This document shows positions 37,925-47,471 of a stretch of 64,000 bases of DNA, piece after piece. Location: positions 160,001 to 224,000 of the forward strand of contig CAXXNO010000004.1 in NCBI GenBank assembly GCA_963663235.2, read 5' to 3'. Position numbers and translations under genes: made by a program. Source of the stretch: Dehalococcoidia bacterium (GTDB lineage: Bacteria > Chloroflexota > Dehalococcoidia > Bin125). Positions within the stretch are counted from its first letter, which is position 1, and each line of letters starts with the position of its first letter. The notes beneath the pieces were generated by a model. The model was given only the letters and a program-made list of their open reading frames with translations. It was not told where the DNA came from and did no database searches.

Positions 37925-38955
37925 CGAACCAGGGTCAACGTGGGCCGGGCGCGGCCGGGCTGCGGTTGCCGGCGTCCGCCCGGGATCAGCTGGAGGCGGG
38001 GCGACTCGCACACCTCCTGCCGGTAGGAGACGGGCAGCGTCTGCCCGCCCTGGCGTGCCGATTCCCAAAGGCGTTCGGACAGGCTGAGGCCGTAGGCCAA
38101 TGTGGCGAGGTCATCGGCGCCGCCGTTATTGATGCGGCGGAGGAAGCGTTGCATGATCGCGAGCAGGGGGTCCGGCACGGGCAGGCGGCGGCGGGTCAGA
38201 TCGAGCGGGGGGGGATCGGACTCGGCGCCGGCGGCCGCGGCCAGCGGCTGGGCGTCGGCCTGCACGCAGAGGAGGCCGACGGCAGCGGTTTCTTCGAGCA
38301 GTAACGTGGCCGCGTCCGTCACGACCCGGATCCGTCGTGCGGGGGCGCCCGGGCCCGCCGCCACGGCCAGGCTTGCGGTGGCGCCGTTGGCGCAGAGGCC
38401 GGTGGCGAGCACGGCCCGGGCCGGACCGTCCGCGACGGCGGCGGAGACCGCCGCGACGCGCAGGGGCCAGCCGTCGGCGAGGTGCGCGAGTGTCACCGCC
38501 CCCTCCAGCAGCGCCTGGCGGAAGTGGGAGACCGACGGCTGGGGGGCGATCTGCTGCTCCACTTGAATGGAGAGGGGGAGGCGGCCTTGGGCCCAGCGCG
38601 AGAGCTCCAGCTGCAGCGCGGCCAGGCCGGGGGTCACTGGGCCCGCCCAGCCCACGGTGACCATCGACGCCCGGTCCGCCGCTGCCCCGCGGAGGGCGGC
38701 CGCCTGGGCGGCGGTCAAGCCTTGCGGGCAGGTGATCAGCAGAGGCAGGCCGGCCTGCACGACGCGTGCCGCCAGGTCGGCAGCGGGAGGGAGGGCGGCG
38801 CAGAGGGCGACGCCGTCCCAATCGCCGGGCCGGATGGCGTCCGCGGCGCGCTGCGGCTGGAGGCGGCAGACGCCGTCGCGGGCGCCAAGGGTGCGCGCCA
38901 GGGCTTCCTGCGCGGCGACGGATTCCCAGCCGGAGCCGACGATAAGGAAAGTCAC
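37921..38955 (-). CDS. Degenerate Gfo/Idh/MocA-fold protein
   Basis: FLIVGSG N-terminus, AGLPLLITCP in place of HVLxEKP, NGATASL, ERLWESARQGG. Confidence 0.55.
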   Translation of the reverse strand: MTFLIVGSGWESVAAQEALARTLGARDGVCRLQPQRAADAIRPGDWDGVALCAALPPAADLAARVVQAGLPLLITCPQGLTAAQAAALRGAAADRASMVTVGWAGPVTPGLAALQLELSRWAQGRLPLSIQVEQQIAPQPSVSHFRQALLEGAVTLAHLADGWPLRVAAVSAAVADGPARAVLATGLCANGATASLAVAAGPGAPARRIRVVTDAATLLLEETAAVGLLCVQADAQPLAAAAGAESDPPPLDLTRRRLPVPDPLLAIMQRFLRRINNGGADDLATLAYGLSLSERLWESARQGGQTLPVSYRQEVCESPRLQLIPGGRRQPQPGRARPTLTLVR

Positions 38956-39131
38956 TGGCCCACCCTAGGGAGCGAGCGGGTGTGGCGAATGGGGCATCGC
39001 CCTAGAACGGCGGCCCGCGCCCCCGCATCCGGTGGCGGAAGGTCCCCAGACTCCGCCGCCGGCCGGAGCGAGGGGCCAGCACGGGGGTGCACCTGCGGCG
39101 ACATTGGGGTAAACCCCTAGACCGACCACTC

Positions 39132-39158
39132 TAGGGAGAGCCCGCGCGTTGCCGATGA
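39132..39158 (+). promoter_or_regulatory. Sigma28-type promoter of flagellin 1
   Basis: TAGG-N15-GCCGATGA versus consensus TAAA-N15-GCCGATAA. Confidence 0.65.
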
Positions 39159-39249
39159 TTGGGTTGTGCACAACGAGCGCCGGAGGAACCGGCGTCTCAT
39201 GGGTGACGGTTTGCCGCGCCCAACCCGCGTCGACGCAACGACAACGAGT

Positions 39250-39297
39250 CAGGACCGGGCGCCGCCCGGTCCGCAAGGAAGCAATTGAGGACTCATC
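39250..39297 (+). promoter_or_regulatory. Flagellin leader with hairpin and AGGA motifs (putative CsrA sites)
   Basis: GGACCGGGC-GCC-GCCCGGTCC, then CAAGGAAG and TGAGGAC (SD); csrA and fliW are in the cluster. Confidence 0.45.
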
Positions 39298-40485
39298 ATG
39301 GGATTTCGAATCAACACGAACGCGGAAGCGGGCAATGCCCGCCGCAACCTAAACATCAGCAGCATGCGCATGGGCCGGGCGATGGAGCAGCTGTCGAGTG
39401 GTCTGCGGACCAACCGGGCCGCCGACGACGCCGCGGGCTTGGCGATCAGTGAAAAACTGCGCGCCCAGGTCCGCGGTCTGGGACAGGCCAGCCGCAACGC
39501 CCAGGACGCCGTCTCCATGATCGGGACGGCTGAGGGCCCCCTGGCCGAGGTGCACTCCATCCTCCAGCGGATGCGAGAGTTGACCGTCCAGACCGGCAAC
39601 ACGACGCTGTCCGGCGCCGACCGCACGGCCATCGGCGAGGAGATGCTCGCCCTCAAGGACGAGATCGACCGGATCGGCAACACCACGAAGTTCAACGGCA
39701 ACCAGCTGTTGACCGGCGCCCTCGTGACGGCGCTAGACGCCGCCAGCGAGATCAAGGTTGGGGTGGCCGTCAGCAACAACGTGGTCGCGTCCGTGGACGT
39801 GAGCAAGGCCAACGCCGGCACGACGTACAAATTCACCTACGTCGCCGGCACCAACGCCCTCACGCTCACCAACGCGACGACCAGCGTGGCCGAGACCATC
39901 ACCTTCGCCACCGCGGGCGCCGCCGGGGACAAGGTGCTGAGCTTCTCCCAGCTCGGCGTCACGGTCACCCTCACCGGCCCGGCCGAGGCTTTGGCCGACG
40001 ACATCGGCACCGCCCTGGACGCCGCCGGCACCGACGACGTGATCACCGCCGCCGGCAATAGCTCGGCGCAGTTCCAGGTGGGCGCGGATGCGGGCCAGAA
40101 CATCACCGTGGCCTTCGCGGACATGCGCTCCACGGCCATCGGCACCGGCGTGGGCAACCAGGTCTCCGACAAGGTGGCGGACAACCAGGCGGTGTCCACC
40201 ACGGCCAAGGCGGACGCGCTGCTGACCATCCTGGACGACGCCATCGCGGACGTGTCCACGCAGCGTGGCATTCTGGGCGCGGTGCAGAACCGCGTAGAGC
40301 ACACCATCGCGGCGTTGGGGATCGTGGTGGAGAACTTGAGCGCGCCGGAGAGCCGAATCCGCGACGCCGACATTGCCGCCGTTTCATCGACGCTGGTGAC
40401 GCAGCAGATCCTGCAGCAAGCGGGCATCTCCGTGCTGAGCCAGGCCAACCAGAACCCGCAAGCGGTCCTGTCCCTCCTCCGGTAG
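39298..40485 (+). CDS. fliC: Flagellin 1
   Basis: RINTN, LSSGLRTNRAADDAAGLAISEK, ESRIRDAD, SVLSQANQNPQAVLSLL. Confidence 0.97.
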   Translation: MGFRINTNAEAGNARRNLNISSMRMGRAMEQLSSGLRTNRAADDAAGLAISEKLRAQVRGLGQASRNAQDAVSMIGTAEGPLAEVHSILQRMRELTVQTGNTTLSGADRTAIGEEMLALKDEIDRIGNTTKFNGNQLLTGALVTALDAASEIKVGVAVSNNVVASVDVSKANAGTTYKFTYVAGTNALTLTNATTSVAETITFATAGAAGDKVLSFSQLGVTVTLTGPAEALADDIGTALDAAGTDDVITAAGNSSAQFQVGADAGQNITVAFADMRSTAIGTGVGNQVSDKVADNQAVSTTAKADALLTILDDAIADVSTQRGILGAVQNRVEHTIAALGIVVENLSAPESRIRDADIAAVSSTLVTQQILQQAGISVLSQANQNPQAVLSLLR

Positions 40486-40519
40486 GACAGCCGCCCAACG
40501 GCACGGATTGGCACCTCGT

Positions 40520-40555
40520 AGCGGGGGCCCCAATGGGGCCCCCGCTCGTTTTTAA
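40520..40555 (+). terminator. Rho-independent terminator after flagellin 1
   Basis: AGCGGGGGCCCC-AAT-GGGGCCCCCGCT followed by CGTTTTTAA. Confidence 0.85.
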
Positions 40556-40753
40556 CCCCGCGGGCGCCGTGTACACGGTCTCGAGCGGCCGCATGGTGCG
40601 TTTTCCGGGCGGACATGGGGGGCTCGGCCCATCCGGCCGGCCGGCCCGGACCCGATGCTCCAAACGAGCGGGCAGCGGCGGCCAAGCGGGCACGGATGAA
40701 GCCCCGCGGCCGGACCCCCCAGCCGCCGTCCCGCCAGCGAGGAGGCGGGAACC

Positions 40754-41941
40754 GTGAGGCTACAGATCAACACCAACATTCAAGCGCTCAACGCGCAGCG
40801 GAACCTCAACGCCACCAGCGCGCGGCTGGGAAAGGCCCTGGAGAAGCTCTCGAGCGGCCTGCGAATCTACCGGGCCGCCGACGACGCCGCGGGCCTGGCG
40901 ATCAGTGGAAAGCTGCGCGTCCAGATCCGCGGACTGGGACAGGCCAGCCGCAACGCCCAGGACGCCGTCTCCATGATCGCGACGGCTGAGGGCCCCCTAG
41001 CCGAGGTGCAGAGCATCCTCCAGCGGATGCGGGAGTTGGCCGTCCAAGCCGGCAACACGACGCTGTCCCCCGCCGACCGCACGGCCATCGGCGAGGAGAT
41101 GCTGACCCTCCGGAACGAGATCGACCGGATCGGCAACACCACGAAGTTCAACGGCAACGCGCTGCTGACCGGCTCCCTGGTCACGGCGCTAGACGCCGCC
41201 AGCGAGATCAAGGTTGGGGTGGGCGTCAGCAACAACGTGGTCGCATCCGTGGACGTGAGCGAGGCCGCCGCCGGCACGACGTACAACTTCACCTACGGCG
41301 CCGGCACCAACGCCCTCACCCTCACCAACACGACGACCAGCGTGGCCGAGACCATCACCTTCGGCAGCGCGGGCGCGGCCGGGGACAAGAAGCTCAGCTT
41401 CTCCCAGCTCGGCGTCACGGTTACCCTCACCGGGCCGGCCGAGGCGGTGGCCGACGACATCGGCACCGCCCTGAACGCCGCCGGCCTCGACGACGTGATC
41501 ACCGCCGCCGGCAGTAGCTCGGCGCAGTTCCAGGTGGGCGCGGATGCGGGCCAGAGCATCACCGTGGCCTTCACGGACATGCGCGCCACGGCCATCGGCA
41601 CCGGCGCGGGCAACCAGGTCGCGGACAAGGTGGCGGACAACCAGGCGGTGTCCACTCCGGGCAAGGCGGACGCGCTGTTGACCATCCTGGACGACGCCCT
41701 GTTGGACGTCTCGACGCAGCGCGGCATCCTGGGCGCGGTGCAGAACCGCGTGGATCGCACCATCGCGGCGTTGGGGATCGTGGTGGAGAACTTGAGCGGG
41801 TCGGAGAGCCGCATCCGCGACGCCGACATCGCCGCCGTTTCATCGACGCTTGTGACGCAGCAGATCCTGCAGCAAGCGAGCATCTCCGTGCTGAGCCAGG
41901 CCAACCAGACGCCGCAGTCGGTCCTGCAGCTGCTCCAGTAG
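40754..41941 (+). CDS. fliC: Flagellin 2
   Basis: QINTNIQALNAQRNL, LSSGLRIYRAADDAAGLAIS; closely similar to flagellin 1. Confidence 0.97.
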   Translation: MRLQINTNIQALNAQRNLNATSARLGKALEKLSSGLRIYRAADDAAGLAISGKLRVQIRGLGQASRNAQDAVSMIATAEGPLAEVQSILQRMRELAVQAGNTTLSPADRTAIGEEMLTLRNEIDRIGNTTKFNGNALLTGSLVTALDAASEIKVGVGVSNNVVASVDVSEAAAGTTYNFTYGAGTNALTLTNTTTSVAETITFGSAGAAGDKKLSFSQLGVTVTLTGPAEAVADDIGTALNAAGLDDVITAAGSSSAQFQVGADAGQSITVAFTDMRATAIGTGAGNQVADKVADNQAVSTPGKADALLTILDDALLDVSTQRGILGAVQNRVDRTIAALGIVVENLSGSESRIRDADIAAVSSTLVTQQILQQASISVLSQANQTPQSVLQLLQ

Positions 41942-42100
41942 TGGACGCGAGGGCGCGCCAGTGAGGGTCGCGGGGACAGCCCGTCGACCGCCCCCGCGCC
42001 GCGTTCCCCGGAGAATCCTGATGTGGAGGGGGGCGGGGGCGGTCGATGATCGGACGGAAGCGGGGCGGTGCGTGGCGGCCGCGCCAGCGGGGCAAGCAGC

Positions 42101-42439
42101 ATGGACGACCTGACGATCCGAGCCGACCCCGCCGCCGCCGTCAGGCCCGCGGGCCGTGAGGGCGGCGGGTCCCGCGAGCAGGGCCGGCGATCCGCGGCGC
42201 AGGAGCGGGAGCGTCGCGAGGCGCTGGCATCGTTGCTGCAGGAGCAGGGCGTGGAGGCCGGAGAGGATCTCGATCTGGTGGTACAGCTCGTCACCGATAC
42301 GACCAGCGGCGCCGTGCGCGTCCGGGTGATCGACGAGCAGAGCGGGGCGCTGCTGGCGGAAGTCGACGCGGAGGAATTCGCCGCAGCGGCGAGCGCCCAT
42401 CAGGCGATCGAGGGGCTGCTGCTGGAGCGCAGGTCCTGA
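42101..42439 (+). CDS. flaG: FlaG-like protein
   Basis: SGAVRVRVIDEQSGALLAEV...GLLLERRS; between flagellin and fliD. Confidence 0.75.
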   Translation: MDDLTIRADPAAAVRPAGREGGGSREQGRRSAAQERERREALASLLQEQGVEAGEDLDLVVQLVTDTTSGAVRVRVIDEQSGALLAEVDAEEFAAAASAHQAIEGLLLERRS

Positions 42440-44474
42440 TGCCGGCGATCAACTTCACCGGCCTGGCCTCTGGTCTGGACACGGGCGCGATCGTCGACCA
42501 GTTGATCGCCGCCGCCAGCCGGCCGATCGTGCGGCTGGAAGAGCGGATCGACACGTACGACGCGCGGAAGGACGCGATCGGCGACGTCCGGAGCACGGTG
42601 GCCAACCTTCTCACGCAGATTCAAGCGCTGACCAACGTGGCCGGGCTGAACGCCCGCACGGCGCTGGCATCGAAGACGGCGACGGGGGACAAGACAGTCG
42701 TCAGCGTGGCGGTGGACAGCACGGCGGCGGTGGGGAGCTTCCAGATCTCGGTGGAGCAGCTGGCCACGGTGACGACGGCGGGCTCGGCGACGCCGATCGG
42801 GGACCCGATCGTGACGAACGTGGCGCTGAACAGCGCCGGATTCGCCACGACGATCACGACGGGCACGTTCACCATCAACGGGACCACGATCACGATCGAC
42901 GCGAACACCGTGCTATCGGACGGGGTGGACGATGGGACGTCGAACTCGATCCTCGGGCGGATCAACAACGCCGGGGTCAGCGTGACGGCGGCGATCGTGA
43001 ACGATGCGCAGAGCAACCCCAACCTGCTGCAGCTCACATCCGCGTCCGCGATCACGCTGGGCGCGGGCGACGACACCAGCAACTTCCTGACGGCCGCCCA
43101 TCTGCTGGCCTCGCCGGGGACGACCACGCGCACGAGCACCCAGGCGATGGGCCAAGTGAACGCCGCGGTGAACCTCACCGTGGCGCGGCTGGCGACGAGC
43201 CTGTCGGCGACGACGGGGACGTTCAGCATCAACGGGGTGCAGATCGCCTACGACGCGGACAACGAGTCGCTCAACGACATCATCAGCAAGATCAACGGAG
43301 CGGGCACCGGCGTCACCGCGACCTACGACGGCACCGGCGACACGCTCAAGCTCAGTGCGGACGCGACGGGGTCCATCGCGATCAGCCTCGTGGACGTGAG
43401 CGGCAACTTCCTGGCGGCGACGGGGCTGTTGAGCGCCACGCAGACGCTGGGACAGAACGCAGCCTACAAGATCGACGGCGGGCCGACGCAGTATGCGTCA
43501 TCCAACACGATCACGACGGCGATCACGGGGGTGAGCCTGCTGTTGCTGGATGCCGCAGCGGGCGACAACGCCACCGTGACGGTGTCGGACAACGTGGAGG
43601 CCGTGGTGGATGCGGTCGACGATTTCGTCATTCAGTTCAACTCCACAATGACGATCCTGGAGGACGTGACGAGGCTGAACCTGGAGGGGGAGAACGCGCC
43701 CTTGGCGTCGGACAGCAGCGTGCGCCTGCTGCGAACCCAATTGCGCTCGCTGGCGGTAGGGCTGGGCGACAACCTGACGACGAAGTACACGAGCATGAGC
43801 GACGTGGGGGTGACGCTCGGCGCCGTCGGCGCGGTGGTGGGCACCACGGGCACGATGCTCTTGGACCAGACGGTCCTGCGCGAGAAGATCGCTGAAGATC
43901 GCGACGCCGTGGTGGAGTTGTTCGCGGCCCTGACCGTCTCCGCGACCTTGCAACCCAACGACGGGAGCTTGGCCAGCGTCTCGGGATCGCCGGACAAGAA
44001 GCAGGCGGGGACCTACACCGTCACCGACGACGGCACCGGCAACCTGACGGTCTCGTTCGTTCCCGGCGACGGCAGCGCCACCACCAGCACGACGGGCACG
44101 ATCACCGCCAGTGGCACCAACACCATCCTGATCCTGGGCATGACCCTGACCGCCAAAGCGATCCTGCAAGCGGGATCGGACAGCATCGTGGTCACGCGGG
44201 ACAAGGCGGGCGTGGCCGTCAAACTGGAGGAGTTGCTGACATCCTACACGCGCGCCGACGGCTTCCTGGACTCGAAGGGGACGCGATTGACGAGATCATC
44301 GAGGACTACAACGACCGGATCGCACGCCTGGAGGACCGACTCACGAGGCAGCGGCTCACGCTGGAGGCCAAATTCACGGCGATGGAACGGATCTTCTCCC
44401 GATTCCAGGCGCAGCAGAGCGTGCTGACGAACCTGAACTCGACGTTCGACTCGATAAACCGGCTGCGGTCGTAG
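42439..44474 (+). CDS. fliD: Filament cap FliD (frameshift at G4 run 44277-44280)
   Basis: FTGLASGLDTGAIVDQLI; adding one G gives the conserved end RIARLEDRL...LEAKFTAME...QAQQS. Confidence 0.93.
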
Positions 44475-44489
44475 TAGCGAGGATCGCGC

Positions 44490-44903
44490 ATGCAGAACGG
44501 GTACGAGGCCTACCAACGCATCAAGCTGGAGACAGCCAGCAAGCCACAGTTGCTGCTGGCGCTCTACGACAGCGTGTTGCGGTTCCTGGGACGCGCGCAA
44601 GCGGCCGTGGCGAAGCGAGACGTCGAGAAGGCCCATCACGACCTGGTCCGCAGCCAGGAGATCATCACGGAGCTGATGAGCACGCTGGACCCAGACTATG
44701 GGGAGATCCCGCAACAACTGCTGGAGCTCTACATCTACCTGTACGGGGCGCTGACCGAGGCGAACCTCCGCAAGGACGCCGCGAAGATCGCCGAAGCGGA
44801 GGCGATCCTGCGGCAGTTGCGGGACGGCTGGCGCGTGGCCGTGGCGCAGTGCAACGCGGAGGCCGCCCAGTCCGACGGGGGCTCCGCCCAGGCCGGCGGC
44901 TAG
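44490..44903 (+). CDS. fliS: Flagellin chaperone FliS
   Basis: TASKPQLLLALYD, QEIITELMSTLD, LYIYL, LRDGW. Confidence 0.94.
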   Translation: MQNGYEAYQRIKLETASKPQLLLALYDSVLRFLGRAQAAVAKRDVEKAHHDLVRSQEIITELMSTLDPDYGEIPQQLLELYIYLYGALTEANLRKDAAKIAEAEAILRQLRDGWRVAVAQCNAEAAQSDGGSAQAGG

Positions 44904-44916
44904 GGAATCGCAGGCG

Positions 44917-45315
44917 ATGGACCCCGCTGAGGACACCAAGTTCGCGCTGCTGAAGCGGATCTTCCGGATCGCGGAGGAGCAGCGGGGCGCGCTGGAGGCG
45001 GACCGGCTGCAGCGGTTCGAGGCGCTGCTGGACGAGCGGCAGGGGCTGATGGAGGCGCTGCTGAGCGCGGCGCCGGGCACGCGGCCGGAGAACGTGATCG
45101 AATTCCCCCGTCGGGGGCAGGGCGAGGACGACGCGATCGCCATCGAGGCGCTGATCAAGGGGATCGTGGAGATCGACCAGCAAAACGGCGAGAGCCTGCG
45201 CGCCGCGATGAGCGAGGTGGCGCGCGCGCTGGGCACCCTGGCCGAGGGGCGTCGGGTGGCCCAGCGCTACTGGAGCGTCCCAGAGCGCCGCCCGCGCCTG
45301 GAGCGCCGCGGATAA
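44917..45315 (+). CDS. FliT/FlgN-like chaperone
   Basis: Helical, LLDERQGLMEAL...IVEIDQQN; position after fliS. Confidence 0.6.
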   Translation: MDPAEDTKFALLKRIFRIAEEQRGALEADRLQRFEALLDERQGLMEALLSAAPGTRPENVIEFPRRGQGEDDAIAIEALIKGIVEIDQQNGESLRAAMSEVARALGTLAEGRRVAQRYWSVPERRPRLERRG

Positions 45316-45403
45316 ACCGCGCGGAGGGCTGCATTAATGCGAGGAGCGGTCGATGATCTGGTGAAGGCCGCGGGGCCGTCTTCCAGCGCAAGGAGGACCC
45401 AGA

Positions 45404-45682
45404 TTGCCAATCTCTGAGATCGGACGTTTTTCAGCAACGCCGCCGCCGTCCCCCGGGGGGGCGCGCGGAGCCGAGCCGGGCCCGCGACCCACCAGCGGCG
45501 CGCCCGCCGTTTCCAGCCAGGTCAGCCCGCGCGCGCGCGCAGTGCGCGCCGCCGCCGCGGGCGTCCAGGAGGCGCCACCGATCCGCACCGAGAAAGTCTT
45601 TGCGTTACGCGGCGCTATCGCCAGCGGCGCCTACCGGATCGACGCGGCCCGGATCGCCGAGCGATTGCTGGATCAGCTCTAA
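45404..45682 (+). CDS. flgM: Anti-sigma28 factor FlgM (copy 2)
   Basis: AAGGAGG RBS; IRTEKVFALRGAIASGAYRIDAARIAERLL. Confidence 0.85.
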   Translation: MPISEIGRFSATPPPSPGGARGAEPGPRPTSGAPAVSSQVSPRARAVRAAAAGVQEAPPIRTEKVFALRGAIASGAYRIDAARIAERLLDQL

Positions 45683-45802
45683 CCCCCTGACCCGTCGCCG
45701 CCGCCTTTCCCCTCCCACCGCACATCCGTGTGGCGCCTTTCCGTGCCTGTGCGAATCAGGCCTTTGTCTCCAGGGCATCAGGCGTCCCGATCCGAGGCCT
45801 AA

Positions 45803-45849
45803 GGAATCATGCTATGAAGCCCGGTGCGCGGGCTTCATAGCATGATTCC
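45803..45849. repeat. Perfect 21-bp inverted repeat upstream of fliF
   Basis: GGAATCATGCTATGAAGCCCG-GTGCG-CGGGCTTCATAGCATGATTCC. Confidence 0.85.
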
Positions 45850-45884
45850 AGACAGTCATCGCATCACACGGAGGCGACGTTTTC

Positions 45885-47456
45885 TTGGGATTCCTCAGCA
45901 ACCTGCCCCGCGACCTGAGTTCCGTTTGGAACCGACTGCCGCGGGGGCAGAAGATTACCCTGCTTTTTCTTGGTGTCACAGCAATCGTGTTGTTCGTGCT
46001 GTTCACGTCCTGGTCGAACACGCCGGACTACGTGCCGCTGTACTCGGGCCTGGACCCGTCTGACGCCTCCGCCGTGGTGGACCGCCTGCAAGAGCAGGGC
46101 ATCCCACACCAGATCGGAGACGGGGGGGGCACGGTGCGCGTGCCGTCAACGCGAGCGGCGGAAGCCCGGCTGGACCTCGCCGCGGTGGGGTTACCGAGCG
46201 GCGGCGGTGTGGGCTTCGAGATCTTCGATCGGCAATCGTTCGGCGCTACGGATTTCGTGCAGCAGATCAACTTGCGGCGCAGCCTGGAGGGTGAGCTAAC
46301 GCGCACCATCAACCAATTCGACGCCGTCCAGGGGTCGCGCGTCCATATTGCGATACCGCAGGAACAGCTGTTCAGCGACTTTCAGGCGCAATCAAGCGCG
46401 TCCGTGGTGCTGTCCCTGCATCCAGGCCGCACGCTGTCCGGCGCGCAGGTGCGCGGAATCGCACATTTGGTGGCGCAGAGCGTGGACGTGCTGGCGGTCG
46501 AGCAGATCACGATCCTCGATACGCAAGGGGACATCCTCTACGACGGCAGTGAAGACATAGCCGGGGGCGGCAACACGCAACTGGAGCTCACCCAATCATT
46601 CGAGACGCAGATCGAGCGGGACCTGGCCACGTTCCTGCGCACGGTGCTGGGACCGAACAAGTCGGCCGTGGCAGTATCGGCGGTGCTGGACTTCACGCGC
46701 GCCGAGACGACACGCGAGACGTTCACCCCGGTGGAGGGCGCGTCGCGCTCATCGCAGAGCGTCACGGAGACGTTCAGCGGCAGCGGGACGAGCGCCGACA
46801 TCGCCGTCCCGGGCGCGGTGGCGAACGTTCCCGGCCTCGCCGAGGTGGGGAGCACGGCCCCCGGGGACACGAGCAGCTCCGAATACAGCCGCAGTGAGAG
46901 CACGACGAACAGCGAGCTGAACCGCACGCAGGAAGTGATCTCGACGGCGCCGGGCGACGTGGAACAGATCTCGATCTCGGTGCTGCTGGACGAGTCGATT
47001 CCGGACGAGGAGGCGACGAGCCTGCAGTCGGCGATCGCGACAGCGGCCGGGATGGAAGCGGATCGTGGCGACACGATCACCGTGACGCGCATCGCCTTCG
47101 ACACCACGGAGATCGAGGAGGCGAAGGTGGCGATCGCGGCGGCGGAGGCGGCGGCGGCGCAGACGAACATGCTGCGGCTAGCGATCCCCGTCGTGGCGGT
47201 GGTGCTGGCGGGCGGGATCTTCTTTTTCTTGCTGCGCAAGGTGAGCCGCGCGCAGGCGGGGCAGGGCTACGCGCTGGCCGTGGGCGAGGGGCCGGCGGCC
47301 CTAGGCCCGGGCAGCGAAGTCGCCAACGCCATGGGGGCGCTCCAGGCGGCCGAACAACGGCGTCAGAGTGAGGCGAACCAGGAGGTGACCACCTTCGCGC
47401 GGGCGCAGCCGAAGGCCGTCGCCGAGGTGGTGCAGACTTGGATGCGCGAAGACTGA
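45885..47456 (+). CDS. fliF: MS-ring protein FliF
   Basis: PLYSGL, GFEIFD..FGATDF, LEGELTRTI, SRVHIAIP, AEVVQTWM. Confidence 0.96.
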   Translation: MGFLSNLPRDLSSVWNRLPRGQKITLLFLGVTAIVLFVLFTSWSNTPDYVPLYSGLDPSDASAVVDRLQEQGIPHQIGDGGGTVRVPSTRAAEARLDLAAVGLPSGGGVGFEIFDRQSFGATDFVQQINLRRSLEGELTRTINQFDAVQGSRVHIAIPQEQLFSDFQAQSSASVVLSLHPGRTLSGAQVRGIAHLVAQSVDVLAVEQITILDTQGDILYDGSEDIAGGGNTQLELTQSFETQIERDLATFLRTVLGPNKSAVAVSAVLDFTRAETTRETFTPVEGASRSSQSVTETFSGSGTSADIAVPGAVANVPGLAEVGSTAPGDTSSSEYSRSESTTNSELNRTQEVISTAPGDVEQISISVLLDESIPDEEATSLQSAIATAAGMEADRGDTITVTRIAFDTTEIEEAKVAIAAAEAAAAQTNMLRLAIPVVAVVLAGGIFFFLLRKVSRAQAGQGYALAVGEGPAALGPGSEVANAMGALQAAEQRRQSEANQEVTTFARAQPKAVAEVVQTWMRED

Positions 47457-47471
47457 TAGTGCGAGCGAGCG

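Noticed and set aside
45330-45356. Sigma28 promoter for the second flgM (GTCGATGA; similar at ~42043)
   Set aside because: The -10 is plausible but no convincing -35 lies at the right spacing
45690-45884. c-di-GMP-I (GEMM) riboswitch ahead of the basal-body operon or flagellin
   Set aside because: The GGCAAA...GAAA...GACGCAAAG core was not found by eye at either site
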